DNA of 64,000 nt, taken from the NCBI GenBank assembly GCA_019057795.1, contig JAHLWS010000077.1:134766-198765 (forward strand), written 5' to 3'. Shown here one piece after another: positions 51,937-61,954 of the stretch (positions are counted from its first letter, which is position 1; each line of letters begins with the position of its first letter). The notes beneath the pieces are model-generated. The model worked only from the letters and a program-made list of their open reading frames with translations. It did no database searches and was not told the origin of the DNA. The DNA comes from Promethearchaeota archaeon (GTDB taxonomy: Archaea; Asgardarchaeota; Lokiarchaeia; Sigyniarchaeales; SOKP01). The translations under genes were made by a program, and so were the position numbers.

Positions 51937-52797
51937 ATGGAAACTCGAGTTTTTGGTAAAACCAAAGCTAAAATTACAATAATTGCGATGGGAGGATGCG
52001 GGCTCGGGTATGTTGATCAAATTGAAGCCGATAAGGCCGTAAAACTCGCAATGGATCATGGAATTAACATGATAGATGTCGCTCCAACCTATGGTAAGGC
52101 AGAAGTACGACTTAACCCTTGGATACAAAAATATAGGGACAAGTTTTTTCTAGCTGAAAAAACATTGAAAAGAACAAAGAAAGGGGCTTGGAGACAGCTT
52201 AACCGATCGTTAGAACGTCTGGACACGACATATTTTGATTTGTACCAGTTTCACGCGGTCTCGATAATGGAGGAATTGCATCAAATCCTTGGAAGAGATG
52301 GAGCCATGGAAGCTTTCAAAGAGGCTAAGGAAACGGGTTTAATAAAGCATATTGGTATTACAGCACACAATGATGTAAGAATATTGCAGAAAGCACTCAA
52401 GTTATCCGATGATTTTGACACTGTTCTTCTACCTGTTTATGTTGCCTCGCTTGTAAACCCTAATCCCGTCAACGATTTTAAAAAGGTTCTTCAAATTGCT
52501 CGAGATAAGAACATTGGAGTTACAGCTATTAAAGCCATTTCTAAAAACAGATGGAAGAGTGTTCCTACATACAAAACGTGGTACGAACCTCTTGATAAAC
52601 AAGAACTGGTTAACCAAGCCGTGTGGTTTACATTGTCACAAGATGGAGTTACAACTTATTCCTTACCTTGTGATGTGAGATTATGGCCATTAGTATTGAA
52701 TGCCGTTAAGCGATATAAGAAACTTGATGCTGAAGAACTAGAAAAGATCGTTAATATGGCAAGAGAAAATGAGTTTCAACCTCTATTTCCAGAGTAA
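51937..52797 (+). CDS. Aldo/keto reductase
   Basis: RVFGKT, IDVAPTYG, LAEK, SLERLDTTYFDLYQFH and HIGIT. Confidence 0.92.
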   Translation: METRVFGKTKAKITIIAMGGCGLGYVDQIEADKAVKLAMDHGINMIDVAPTYGKAEVRLNPWIQKYRDKFFLAEKTLKRTKKGAWRQLNRSLERLDTTYFDLYQFHAVSIMEELHQILGRDGAMEAFKEAKETGLIKHIGITAHNDVRILQKALKLSDDFDTVLLPVYVASLVNPNPVNDFKKVLQIARDKNIGVTAIKAISKNRWKSVPTYKTWYEPLDKQELVNQAVWFTLSQDGVTTYSLPCDVRLWPLVLNAVKRYKKLDAEELEKIVNMARENEFQPLFPE

Positions 52798-52830
52798 TTA
52801 CTTTGTAAAATAAAAATCAATATGATGCCA

Positions 52831-53277
52831 TCAATTTTCCATTTCTTTTTGAAGATAATTCTCGTAAAATTCTTTAGATGTAAAGACAGAAATAAAATCT
52901 TTTGCATTTTCAAACCCTCCATCATTTGTTATTAAACAAGAAGCACCTTCTAGTATTATACTTGCAGTTATAATGGAATCTGGTAGTTTTAGATTGCTCT
53001 TATTTTTAATCTCTCCAGCTTTATCCGCCACTTTTAAATTCATTTCAATCATATTATAATTCTTATTTGAATATATTCCTGCTATGAATTCATCCTTGTC
53101 AATTAATTCATTTTTTCTATAATATCCAACACATAATTCAGCAATAGATATAATAGAAATAACCGCTTTCAACTCCCCTTCATCAATTGCGTTTAATATG
53201 GCTTCAGAATATTGATAAAAAGGTTTTTCTTTATTCTTAACGTTAAGGAAGATATTTGTATCTAATCCAATTTTCAT
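52831..53277 (-). CDS. vapC: PIN-domain toxin (VapC)
   Basis: LDTN, SIAEL, LKLPDSII and ITND. The ATG at 53277 overlaps the antitoxin stop (ATGA). Confidence 0.9.
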   Translation of the reverse strand: MKIGLDTNIFLNVKNKEKPFYQYSEAILNAIDEGELKAVISIISIAELCVGYYRKNELIDKDEFIAGIYSNKNYNMIEMNLKVADKAGEIKNKSNLKLPDSIITASIILEGASCLITNDGGFENAKDFISVFTSKEFYENYLQKEMEN

Positions 53278-53507
53278 TCCCACTCATCACGCAACTTTCT
53301 TTGAAATTCAACGCTACTAATTTTCCATGGCTTTTGATTTTTTAATATTTTTGATACTTTATTAGTTCCTGTTTTTTTGATAATAATCTCATTACCCTTT
53401 AAATCAAAGACTAACCTATCTCCTTGAACAATACCCAATTTATCTCTAATCTCCTTAGGGATGGTAACTTGACCCTTCTCACTAATAATGGATGTTCCAA
53501 CAATCAT
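53274..53507 (-). CDS. vapB: AbrB/MazE-type antitoxin (VapB)
   Basis: SEKGQVTIPKEIRDKLGI..GD.L and a C-terminal RKLRDEW. Confidence 0.92.
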   Translation of the reverse strand: MIVGTSIISEKGQVTIPKEIRDKLGIVQGDRLVFDLKGNEIIIKKTGTNKVSKILKNQKPWKISSVEFQRKLRDEWE

Positions 53508-53538
53508 GGTTGATAACCTATTGATTCCTACTATTTAA

Positions 53539-53552
53539 TAAAGATTTCTTTA
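53539..53552. promoter_or_regulatory. Candidate vapBC autoregulatory operator
   Basis: Inverted repeat TAAAGA-TT-TCTTTA about 32-45 bp upstream of vapB. It is short and AT-rich, so it may be chance. Confidence 0.3.
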
Positions 53553-53729
53553 CTTATATGTTTTACTTTTTCATTAATTCATTTTAAAATTCATAAAGTT
53601 ATTTCATATTTCCTCAGATGAATTCTCATATTTATCGATTATATTGAAAGTTATTAATGTAAGATACTTATTTATTCTCTACATCAAATTTATTGATATT
53701 TTAATCAATTTACCCATTAAAAAAAGTAA

Positions 53730-54989
53730 TTAATGTTTTTTTCTTTGACGCAGAATTTCGATGAAGCTCTCGATTTGATTAATCACTTGAGTCTCATTTA
53801 GCTTTCTTGGGTCGTTCATGTCGCTTGTAATTATTAAACTAGGAATATCTAATTCTTCCATTAATATACGCTTCAAATCGTATTGTCCACACGAATTTGG
53901 TCTACATGACATGTTATTATGCAAAAGAATTCCATCAATTTTCCATTCTTTAATCGTTTCTTTGAATTTTTTAACCCGAGTTTCAAGATCGTATATATAC
54001 CAAAAACTTAAAACTAATTCTGCCATTGATTCTACTGGATGATTTAAAACATCGTCTTTTGTGATATTCGGATTTGTATATTTACTAAACGCGTAAACGT
54101 AAGGTTCGTAGACTATCATAGCGTTCCAGCGTTCCAAATTCGAAAAGAATTTTAAGTTGTACCAAAAAGGGATACCTTCCCACATGAGTCTAAATTCTTC
54201 GTTTTCAAGCGCACCTATTCCAGCATCTACCCTTGCTTTTGCTTCTTTGTACATTCGCTTGTATAATTTAATCGGAGACTTTAAACCAGGCATTGTAAAT
54301 AATGGAAAGAGTCCTCCAAAAGTGTCACGCGTAGATATTGGACTGGGAACATTTTTTCTTAGTTCAAAAATGTCTTGCCATATTTTTCCTAATTCATAGG
54401 AATTCGCAGCAATCTCTCTCGCTTTTTCTTCGTTATATTCGTGACCAGTTACTTCCGTAATAAAATCTAATAACTCCCAAAGCTGTTCTTTTATGTATTT
54501 TTTAAAGTAAGCTCTTTGCCTATTATTTGTATTACTAACTACATGTGGTATGTCTAGCGTGAAGTGAGGTACATTTAGTCTTTCTGCTTGGACTTGAAAC
54601 CAATTAACATGAGTATCGCATATCACATCGCTTGATACCATAAAAGTTGGTTTTCTAGTTCCACCAACACTCATTTCAGCCTTACTTGACACGACACCAA
54701 CACTCGTTTTGAAATAAGAGCATAAGTCATAGGAATATCCTTGATCTTCGGCGATTTCAATAAAGTTTTTCGATTGTTTAAGCGCTGCCGTTATCGTTGC
54801 TGAGTTTTCAGGCATCATTACCTGAACATCCATCGCGTATAAAAGTTCAACAGGAGTTCCTGCAGTTGCCCAAGCAGTTGGCTTTCCATCTCTGTACGCT
54901 TGTTCAATTGCTAGAAAATGCCTTCCCATTTCATTTTTAAGCTTGTTGGTTGCGTTTAACATTATCCCACTTTTCTTATCTTTTGACAT
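53730..54989 (-). CDS. 2-hydroxyacyl-CoA dehydratase/benzoyl-CoA reductase family subunit (HgdA/BcrB-like)
   Basis: PVELLYAMD..MPEN, DLCSY, ICD, SCRP and SDMNDPR. Start set at MSKDKK, which has GGAGG upstream. Confidence 0.88.
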   Translation of the reverse strand: MSKDKKSGIMLNATNKLKNEMGRHFLAIEQAYRDGKPTAWATAGTPVELLYAMDVQVMMPENSATITAALKQSKNFIEIAEDQGYSYDLCSYFKTSVGVVSSKAEMSVGGTRKPTFMVSSDVICDTHVNWFQVQAERLNVPHFTLDIPHVVSNTNNRQRAYFKKYIKEQLWELLDFITEVTGHEYNEEKAREIAANSYELGKIWQDIFELRKNVPSPISTRDTFGGLFPLFTMPGLKSPIKLYKRMYKEAKARVDAGIGALENEEFRLMWEGIPFWYNLKFFSNLERWNAMIVYEPYVYAFSKYTNPNITKDDVLNHPVESMAELVLSFWYIYDLETRVKKFKETIKEWKIDGILLHNNMSCRPNSCGQYDLKRILMEELDIPSLIITSDMNDPRKLNETQVINQIESFIEILRQRKKH

Positions 54990-54993
54990 TTTT

Positions 54994-56043
54994 TCAATCC
55001 CTCCTTTCAATAATCTCTCCAAACGCTTCGAATCTTGTTGCTAACTGCTTATAAGACTCTCTATTATATTCTGTTTCAATAAAAAGATATGGTATAGCTA
55101 ATTCTTTAAATTTTTTGTTTAAATAAGGATGGTCGAATAAAACTGGTTCGCAAAACTTATGGGCAACGTTTATAATTCCATCCACATTATAGCTTTCAGC
55201 CAATTTTTTAATGACGTCAAATCTCTCGTAAGATGGAAACTTAGTCGAATGAATCGGTTTTTCTAAATGATATTTGGCTAAAGCTTCGATGGGCTCCTTA
55301 TTTTCGTCAACTTTATTCCAAAAATATTTTGTACCTATGCCTAAATCGTCGATAACTATTTGAAAGCCGAGATTTTCGATATACTCAATGAATTCCGTAT
55401 CGTCTAAATCTGAACCTGTTAACAGAATTTTTTTATATTTTTTATTAATTATGGGTTTTCTGGCTTTTAATTCTTCCAATTTAGCTTCAAGTAGTTTTAA
55501 TGCCTCGTTCTTTTCTATTTGTTGGACTTCTTTGACGAGTGCGTGAAATTCTGATCCTTTCAATACCATTTTACTTCGAAATTCGGAAATCTCCATTAAC
55601 AAGGATCTAACTTTGTTCATCAATTTAATTGCTTCTTTGATTTTTTCAGAAGACACTTTAACGCTAAAACTATCTTCTAATTGAGTTATTAACTCTTTCA
55701 TATCGTCTATAAAGAATTTTAAAGCTATTTTATGGCGTTTGAAGGGAGAATTCAAAAAAAACATGAAATCAAGGTTAATACACTTTAACCAAATATCAAA
55801 CTCCCGATTGGTTCGATCGCAACCATGAGTCGCAATTATCCCTACAATGTCTTTATCAAGGCCTTTTATTACTTGTTCTAGGAGGTTCCGTGTCCAAACG
55901 CAATGAGTTGGCGGGATATGCTCGTTGGCTTTATCTGGTTCGATAGTTGGATCGCCAAAAAGCCTATGAGAGACAAATCCAGCGGCAAGAATTATTTCTT
56001 CTGGTGTGTCAACACCACTATCAAAAATCCCAATTTTTTTCAT
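54994..56043 (-). CDS. 2-hydroxyacyl-CoA dehydratase/benzoyl-CoA reductase family subunit (HgdB/BcrC-like)
   Basis: PEEIILAAG, HC, HGCD, LLTGS, KFCEP and TRFEAF. Confidence 0.88.
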   Translation of the reverse strand: MKKIGIFDSGVDTPEEIILAAGFVSHRLFGDPTIEPDKANEHIPPTHCVWTRNLLEQVIKGLDKDIVGIIATHGCDRTNREFDIWLKCINLDFMFFLNSPFKRHKIALKFFIDDMKELITQLEDSFSVKVSSEKIKEAIKLMNKVRSLLMEISEFRSKMVLKGSEFHALVKEVQQIEKNEALKLLEAKLEELKARKPIINKKYKKILLTGSDLDDTEFIEYIENLGFQIVIDDLGIGTKYFWNKVDENKEPIEALAKYHLEKPIHSTKFPSYERFDVIKKLAESYNVDGIINVAHKFCEPVLFDHPYLNKKFKELAIPYLFIETEYNRESYKQLATRFEAFGEIIERRD

Positions 56044-56174
56044 AGTTTGCTTCCATATGAAATTGATTACAAATCTAAATAGTATTGCGAAATTAAATCT
56101 TTAAGAATAAAAAAATATTTATATTTTAACTACATTTTATAGAATATTCTATAAGTAATTACAGAGTTTTTCAA

Positions 56175-56522
56175 ATGTCGCAACAAACAATCTCAAGAAC
56201 TTTAAGTAAAGCGATTTTAAAGGATAAAGTTAGAATCAAATTAAAGATTTGGAACACTTATTTGACAGGGAAGCTAACCCAATTTGATGGCTACATGAAT
56301 TTAATAGTAGAGGACGCCAAAGAAATATATTTTGGTCGGGGTGGAAAAAGAAGCAAGAGTCTTGGGACCGTTATGATTAGAGGGGCTTCTATCGTTTTCA
56401 TTGGGCAGGATAGAAAGAAATTGATTTTTTCTAATAATGATACTGATTCTAAAGATGAGGATGCGGTTGAGGAAGATTTACACGATAAATTGATGCATAG
56501 AAAGGAAGCAGAAGATAGCTAA
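56175..56522 (+). CDS. Sm-like archaeal protein (Lsm/SmAP1) with an acidic C-terminal tail
   Basis: Sm1 GKLTQFDGYMNLIVEDA and Sm2 GTVMIRGASI, in the conserved position upstream of rpl37e. Confidence 0.92.
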   Translation: MSQQTISRTLSKAILKDKVRIKLKIWNTYLTGKLTQFDGYMNLIVEDAKEIYFGRGGKRSKSLGTVMIRGASIVFIGQDRKKLIFSNNDTDSKDEDAVEEDLHDKLMHRKEAEDS

Positions 56523-56542
56523 AAAGAGAAGAGGTTGAAATA

Positions 56543-56743
56543 ATGGGTAAAGGAACTCCGAGCAAGGGTAAAAAAAATAAAGCAGCAAGTCATAAAACAT
56601 GTAGAAGATGCGGAAAACATAGTTACCATAGAAGAAAAAAGTTTTGTGCTTCTTGCGGATTTGGAAGAACAGCTAAGTTGAGACAACCAGCTTGGAGAAA
56701 CAGATATAGAGCTTTTAACAAAAATAAAGGCTTCTACGCTTAA
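56543..56743 (+). CDS. rpl37e: 50S ribosomal protein L37e
   Basis: MGKGTPS.GK and CRRCG..SYH....CASCGFG. Confidence 0.97.
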   Translation: MGKGTPSKGKKNKAASHKTCRRCGKHSYHRRKKFCASCGFGRTAKLRQPAWRNRYRAFNKNKGFYA

Positions 56744-56808
56744 ATTACCTTTTAGTTTTGTGCGTTAATCTCCTTTTTTTAAAGAACTTGTAGTTAGATT
56801 TTAAAATT

Positions 56809-58278
56809 TTATTTTGTTATAAAGAATTCTTGGATTAAACTACCGTTATCTCTTATTGCCTTAATGTGTAAATTATTTCCGTTTAATTCAAAATGCATAA
56901 AGTGATGAGTCAATTCTCCATAAATCTGATAATTGCGAGTAATATAATCGTTTTGATAAGCTTCAATGGATGCGTTATGCCACAATCTTTTCCAGGGATC
57001 TCGATTGCGATGCATAATAAATTCGTCGAGGTCTCCTCCACCACCAGTTACAAAAAAGTATGTACCTCCCCAGCTTTCAGTGCGATTAGTCCAAAAAGCT
57101 TCGTAATGATGGTCGTGTCCCGATAATACTACATCTACTTGATTTTCGTAAAAAATTGGGGCTAATTGGGTAGCTAACTTTTCATGCATGTTAAAATCCC
57201 CAGTACTATAAGGTGGTGCGTGAAGAACAACGAAAAGCCATTTGTCTTTATTTAGCGCTAAATCTTGCCTAAGCCACGCTTCTTGAGCTTCTAATAGAAA
57301 ACCACCCCAATCGAGTTGATTTTGAAAAACATCAATCATGACAAAATGAGCGTTTGAATAGTCAAAACTGTAGTAATGACCCCAATCCTCAACATAGCTA
57401 TAAGGAAAAAAATATTTGAAATTCCGAGCAAATATATCAACACCGTATTCATGGTTTCCAATTGCAACCATATATGGGCTAGTTGAAGCGTGTCTTTCCA
57501 TGTGATTAAAGAATACATGCCATCCGTCTAATTCTTCGCCTACATAAGGGCCAAGATCCCCAGCATGTATGATAAAATCGTATTGATACGGCGTCATTGC
57601 ATCTGTAACAGCCCCGTATTCGCTTGGGTCTAGACCTGCATGCGTGTCGCTTATTGCAGTAAAATTAAAAGGAGTTATAGCCGAAGGGGCGGTGGTAAAA
57701 TTGTAAATAACAGTTGAGAAATCGGTTATTTTATAATGGTATAATGTTCCAGCTTTTAAATTCCTAAGTTTTGCTACATGTCTTTTTTCTAAGACGGATA
57801 CTCGAAAGGTTTCCATATCTCCAATAGATTCGCCAAAATCTAATACCGATTCGGTAGGATTTTTCGTATGCCAGATAATTGTCATCGTTGTTTTTGGATC
57901 GTCGTTCCACAACAAGTAAGGTCCATCGTCATAATTGTATAATTGTGCATTAGGAAAAAAGTACAAAACGAATGCCAAAATAGAAAGAGACCAAACGAGG
58001 AATGTTATAAAGAAAGAAGCTATAAGATATTTCTTCGAAATTGTAAGCCTCTCTTGTATTTTAAAATTCTTTGCTAATTTAACGATAGATTTAATAAAGA
58101 AATATAGCGGAATTATTATTAGAAAAAGAATTGGTATAAAAGATAATAAAAACGTTAAAGGATTCCATATGATGTGGCTTTTTGTCAACCAGAAGATTAA
58201 GGTCCCCCAAATTATCAATAAAATGGAATTTAGTAGAAAAAATAAAAACCAAATTACATTTTTTTTCTTTAAATCCAT
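56809..58278 (-). CDS. Membrane-anchored purple acid phosphatase-like metallophosphoesterase (3 TM + FN3 + calcineurin-like domain)
   Basis: Three N-terminal TM segments, FN3 (MTIIW..LKAGTLYHY), and SDTH, HAGD, GNHE, HAPPY, SGHDHHY. Confidence 0.9.
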   Translation of the reverse strand: MDLKKKNVIWFLFFLLNSILLIIWGTLIFWLTKSHIIWNPLTFLLSFIPILFLIIIPLYFFIKSIVKLAKNFKIQERLTISKKYLIASFFITFLVWSLSILAFVLYFFPNAQLYNYDDGPYLLWNDDPKTTMTIIWHTKNPTESVLDFGESIGDMETFRVSVLEKRHVAKLRNLKAGTLYHYKITDFSTVIYNFTTAPSAITPFNFTAISDTHAGLDPSEYGAVTDAMTPYQYDFIIHAGDLGPYVGEELDGWHVFFNHMERHASTSPYMVAIGNHEYGVDIFARNFKYFFPYSYVEDWGHYYSFDYSNAHFVMIDVFQNQLDWGGFLLEAQEAWLRQDLALNKDKWLFVVLHAPPYSTGDFNMHEKLATQLAPIFYENQVDVVLSGHDHHYEAFWTNRTESWGGTYFFVTGGGGDLDEFIMHRNRDPWKRLWHNASIEAYQNDYITRNYQIYGELTHHFMHFELNGNNLHIKAIRDNGSLIQEFFITK

Positions 58279-58445
58279 GTTTTAAATTACATCTAGGTTT
58301 TGATTCATTATTGACTTGAACATATATTCAGTCTTTGAGTTATTAATAGTTATCATTAAAAATAAAGAGAGTGCGTAAATTAATAAATTTAAAAAGAATA
58401 ATTAAAAATAAAGAGAATTAAAAAATAAACAATCTCAATAAAAAG

Positions 58446-58817
58446 ATGGAATCTTTAAAAACTGAAAGCGTCAATAAGGAACTGGATAGATTAGAATTAG
58501 TAAATGGAATAATCGGTACCGCTATAGTAAATAGAAACGGTTTAACAATTATCTCCCGGTTGCCTAGATATGTTGAAGAGCGTAAATTTGGTGCGATGGC
58601 CGCAACCATGTTTGGAGCCATGGAAACAGCTATAACTACGCTACAAGATAAAATCGTTAATTTGACGGTAGAATTTAACGATTATCAATTAATTGTTTTT
58701 ATAATTAGTACTGAAATAATTTTTGCAGCAGTGCTTGAACTTGACATTGACTTAGGGTTACTGCTTATTGAAGTTGAGGAATGTGTTAAAATTATTAAAA
58801 ATATATTAGAGGTGTGA
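58446..58817 (+). CDS. Roadblock/LC7 (MglB-like) domain protein
   Basis: GIIGTAIVNRNGLTIISRLP, FGAMAATMFGA and DLGLLLIEV. Confidence 0.88.
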   Translation: MESLKTESVNKELDRLELVNGIIGTAIVNRNGLTIISRLPRYVEERKFGAMAATMFGAMETAITTLQDKIVNLTVEFNDYQLIVFIISTEIIFAAVLELDIDLGLLLIEVEECVKIIKNILEV

Positions 58818-59557
58818 AAAAAATTCTTACTGAAAGTCAAAAAAAGAGATATTCAAGGCAGATATTATCCCCTTCTATTGGAGAAGTTGGACAAGAAAAA
58901 TTGTCGAAAGTTAGAGTATTACAAATCGGTGCGGGAGGTTTAGGTTCTCCTTTTGCTCTTTATATTGTTGCTGCTGGAATAAAAGAATTGACTATCATTG
59001 ACAACGACACTTTATCAATTTCCAATCTTCAACGACAAATACTTTACAATGAAGCCCAAGTTGGAAAGGAGAAAGCGTATGCTGCAAAAGAGAGGTTATC
59101 TAATCTTAATTCTGAAGTAGAAATTAAAGTATTTAACGATTATTTAGATGAAAATTCTATTAAGAAGTATGTTAAAGACAAAGATTTTATCGTTGATTGT
59201 AGCGATAATTTTAAAACTAAATTTTTAGTCAACAAAATTGCAATAGAATATAACATTAAAGCCATAATTGCCGGAATTAAAGATTTTTTCGGGCAAATAA
59301 TTACGATAGACCCTAAAAAAACTGCTTGTTATGAATGTGTTTTCAATCAACCGGACACTCTTGATTCTTCAGAAGGTCCTTTACCAGTAATTGGCGTTAC
59401 TCCAGGCATTCTAGGCACTTTAGAGGCTTTGGAGGTAATTAAAACTACTTTAGGGCTACCTAATTTAGAAAATAAGCTCCTTATAGTTAATCTTTTAGAT
59501 TTAATGTTTAATACAATAGATATCGTCAAAAGCGAAAATTGCATGTGCTCAAAATAG
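58814..59557 (+). CDS. ThiF/MoeB/HesA family E1-like adenylyltransferase
   Basis: RYSRQI, GQEKL, IGAGGLGS, SNLQRQ, DCSDN and CYEC. GTGA overlap with the Roadblock stop. Confidence 0.92.
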   Translation: MKKILTESQKKRYSRQILSPSIGEVGQEKLSKVRVLQIGAGGLGSPFALYIVAAGIKELTIIDNDTLSISNLQRQILYNEAQVGKEKAYAAKERLSNLNSEVEIKVFNDYLDENSIKKYVKDKDFIVDCSDNFKTKFLVNKIAIEYNIKAIIAGIKDFFGQIITIDPKKTACYECVFNQPDTLDSSEGPLPVIGVTPGILGTLEALEVIKTTLGLPNLENKLLIVNLLDLMFNTIDIVKSENCMCSK

Positions 59558-59615
59558 GTTAAGAAAAAGAAAAAGAGAAGAGAAAAAAAATTAATTTTAA
59601 ATTTTAAATACGAGT

Positions 59616-60140
59616 CTAAAAACCTTTTTTAGTGATTATGAAGGCTACACCACCATAGAACAAACCATTAGCAATTCCGGCTATAATAACAACCAAAATG
59701 GTACCTAATTCACCGTAAATAGCTACTTTAGCAGCCCAAACATTCGCTATATTGGGAGAGAGCAATGGACCTATTCCTAAAAGTAAAGCATATCCTACAC
59801 AAGTTATTAAGGCAGTTAAGATCCAGGCTCTAAAAACTATTTTTTTACTATCTCCTAAGAATGAAGCGACGATTACTGTAACTAATGGAGGGACTATTAA
59901 ATTTAGAAATACCATAAAATCAATGAAAAATTCAGTAGAAGTAAATAATGGTAAGATCCCGTTTGTGGACCAGGCAGCTCCGGGGAAGGTAAAGATTGGC
60001 GCGAAAATCATGTTTGTAATTACCATAATATTTATATGGAAACCAGGGACTGTAAACATCGCAATTAGCGTAAAGACTGTATTCAATCCCGTATAGATCA
60101 CTAGAGAAATTATAAAAGTTTTTAATAAATTCAAATTCAT
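59616..60140 (-). CDS. Hypothetical multi-pass membrane protein
   Basis: 174 aa with about 4-5 hydrophobic segments. Confidence 0.7.
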   Translation of the reverse strand: MNLNLLKTFIISLVIYTGLNTVFTLIAMFTVPGFHINIMVITNMIFAPIFTFPGAAWSTNGILPLFTSTEFFIDFMVFLNLIVPPLVTVIVASFLGDSKKIVFRAWILTALITCVGYALLLGIGPLLSPNIANVWAAKVAIYGELGTILVVIIAGIANGLFYGGVAFIITKKGF

Positions 60141-60341
60141 TTAAATCAAGCTCATTTTTTTTAATTAAAGATTCCTATATATTAAATCTTAGTTCATTTA
60201 AGTATATAAATATTTTAGAGCTAGTCTATTTTCAATTAGAAAGAATATTAAAATAATGTAATATCAAGGTAGGATTAGACAACAAAAGAAAAATGATTAA
60301 AAGGAATTAAGTAAAAAGAAAAAGTTTTAGAGTTTAATATG

Positions 60342-60875
60342 TTAAGAATTCTTTTTAAAAAATTCTTTAAACAATTTGCCATTGTCGGCATAGACGCCAG
60401 CAGTTTTCATCCCCTCCAACTTGCCAGTTTGGGGTAGCTGTTTCTTAATTTTGGCGGGAACTCCAACAGCTAAAGTTCTAGGGGGAATTTCCTTTCCAAC
60501 TAAAACAGCTCCCGCGCCTACGATCGAGCCGTCCCCCATTTTAGATCGATGTAGTACATTAGCACCTATTCCAACCAGACAACCTTTCCCAATTGTGCAA
60601 GGACCATGCACCATAGCGTGATGTCCGACTATACAGTTATCGCCGATTTCTACAGTGGATCCTACTTCGTTGTGAATAGTAACATTTTCCTGTATACTTG
60701 TATTTTTTCCAATAATAATTGTACCCCAATCTCCGCGGAGGACTGCTCCAAACCAGATATTACTTCCTTCACCAATCGTAACATCTCCAATAATGACTGC
60801 AGTTGGTGCTATGAATACTGATTCGTGAATTTGGGGTTCTTTTCCCGTTCTAGGGCTTGGTATAATTAATGGCAT
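60342..60875 (-). CDS. Gamma carbonic anhydrase-family (YrdA/CaiE-like) hexapeptide-repeat protein
   Basis: IAPTAVIIGDV, IWFGAVLRGD, IQENVTIH, VGHHAMVHG (three metal-binding His) and GVPAK. Confidence 0.93.
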   Translation of the reverse strand: MPLIIPSPRTGKEPQIHESVFIAPTAVIIGDVTIGEGSNIWFGAVLRGDWGTIIIGKNTSIQENVTIHNEVGSTVEIGDNCIVGHHAMVHGPCTIGKGCLVGIGANVLHRSKMGDGSIVGAGAVLVGKEIPPRTLAVGVPAKIKKQLPQTGKLEGMKTAGVYADNGKLFKEFFKKNS

Positions 60876-60973
60876 TATCTCTTCACAATTTTATTGCTTT
60901 TTGAAATTGTAGAATTAAAGCAATTATAATAAGCTTATTGTATTTTAAAATAAAATAAATAAATAAAAAAAGA

Positions 60974-61948
60974 TTATTTTAAGAGCTTTGCGTCTTCAAG
61001 AATTTTTTTATGATCGAAAGCTAAATCGATATCTTTCAATTTTTCTTTGGGTATTATCTCAACTTTCTTAGAGTCGTCTCCGCTTCTCAATTCGGAGATA
61101 TCGCCAATAATAGTACATTTGTAAGCTATTGAATGAATGTTCCCTCTTGGGTCCCTTCCTTTTTCAGTATAAATACCAATTTTATATTTAATCTCTACTT
61201 TTAGATTAGTTTCTTCCTTAACTTCCCTGACCAAGGCGTTGATTGGTTTTTCTCCTTTTTCGATAAATCCACCAGGGAGTGCATAAAAATTCTTGAACGG
61301 CGGATATTTTCTCTTAATTAAGATAACATTTCCTTCTCGATCCTCGATTACAGCGTCAACAGTTTTCCCAACTTCTGATTTTTCCGTTTGTAATCTTATA
61401 TACAAATAATAGCTAATTGTAACAATTAAGATCCCTATTATAATCGCAGCGATGGATCCATTTAACACGGAAGTAATAAAATTCCCTTCTTGTAGATTTA
61501 ACCATATCATTACAACTCCAGCTAGGTCAGCTAAAATTCCCGCCCCAAAAAGTAGGTTTAATAAATTAAGACCTCTCTCAGTTCTTTCTTGATTTTCTTC
61601 GCTTTTTTTACGGTGTAAATCTTCCATTACATCGTATATTGAATTAAATTTTACATTTATGCGATTAACAATATTAGTTACTTCAAATTCATTTAATAGA
61701 TGTTTCAGCACGCTGGTATAGTGTTGTCTTCTATTATAATCTAATTCGTTATATATTGCGCTTAAGGTCGTTTGAATCATACCCCTTTGTGTCCTTAAAT
61801 TCCTAATTTTTTTCTGTATTGTGTTTATATCTTGAAACGCTTGCGTTTGCGTTTTTAAAAACAGTAAATCTAGCGATTCATTTATCGAACGCAGCGAAAA
61901 TAATACTGCTCTCATTTTTGGAGTAGGATCAAGTACAAATTCTTTCAT
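60974..61948 (-). CDS. C-terminal part of a CorA-like stalk + 2TM + Nudix (ADP-ribose pyrophosphatase-type) fusion
   Basis: Long amphipathic helices, two TM segments (aa ~127-150 and ~158-184), Nudix box GGFIEKGEKPINALVREVKEETNL, RDPRG and LAFDH. In frame with the upstream ORF. Confidence 0.85.
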   Translation of the reverse strand: MKEFVLDPTPKMRAVLFSLRSINESLDLLFLKTQTQAFQDINTIQKKIRNLRTQRGMIQTTLSAIYNELDYNRRQHYTSVLKHLLNEFEVTNIVNRINVKFNSIYDVMEDLHRKKSEENQERTERGLNLLNLLFGAGILADLAGVVMIWLNLQEGNFITSVLNGSIAAIIIGILIVTISYYLYIRLQTEKSEVGKTVDAVIEDREGNVILIKRKYPPFKNFYALPGGFIEKGEKPINALVREVKEETNLKVEIKYKIGIYTEKGRDPRGNIHSIAYKCTIIGDISELRSGDDSKKVEIIPKEKLKDIDLAFDHKKILEDAKLLK

Positions 61949-61954
61949 ATAGGA

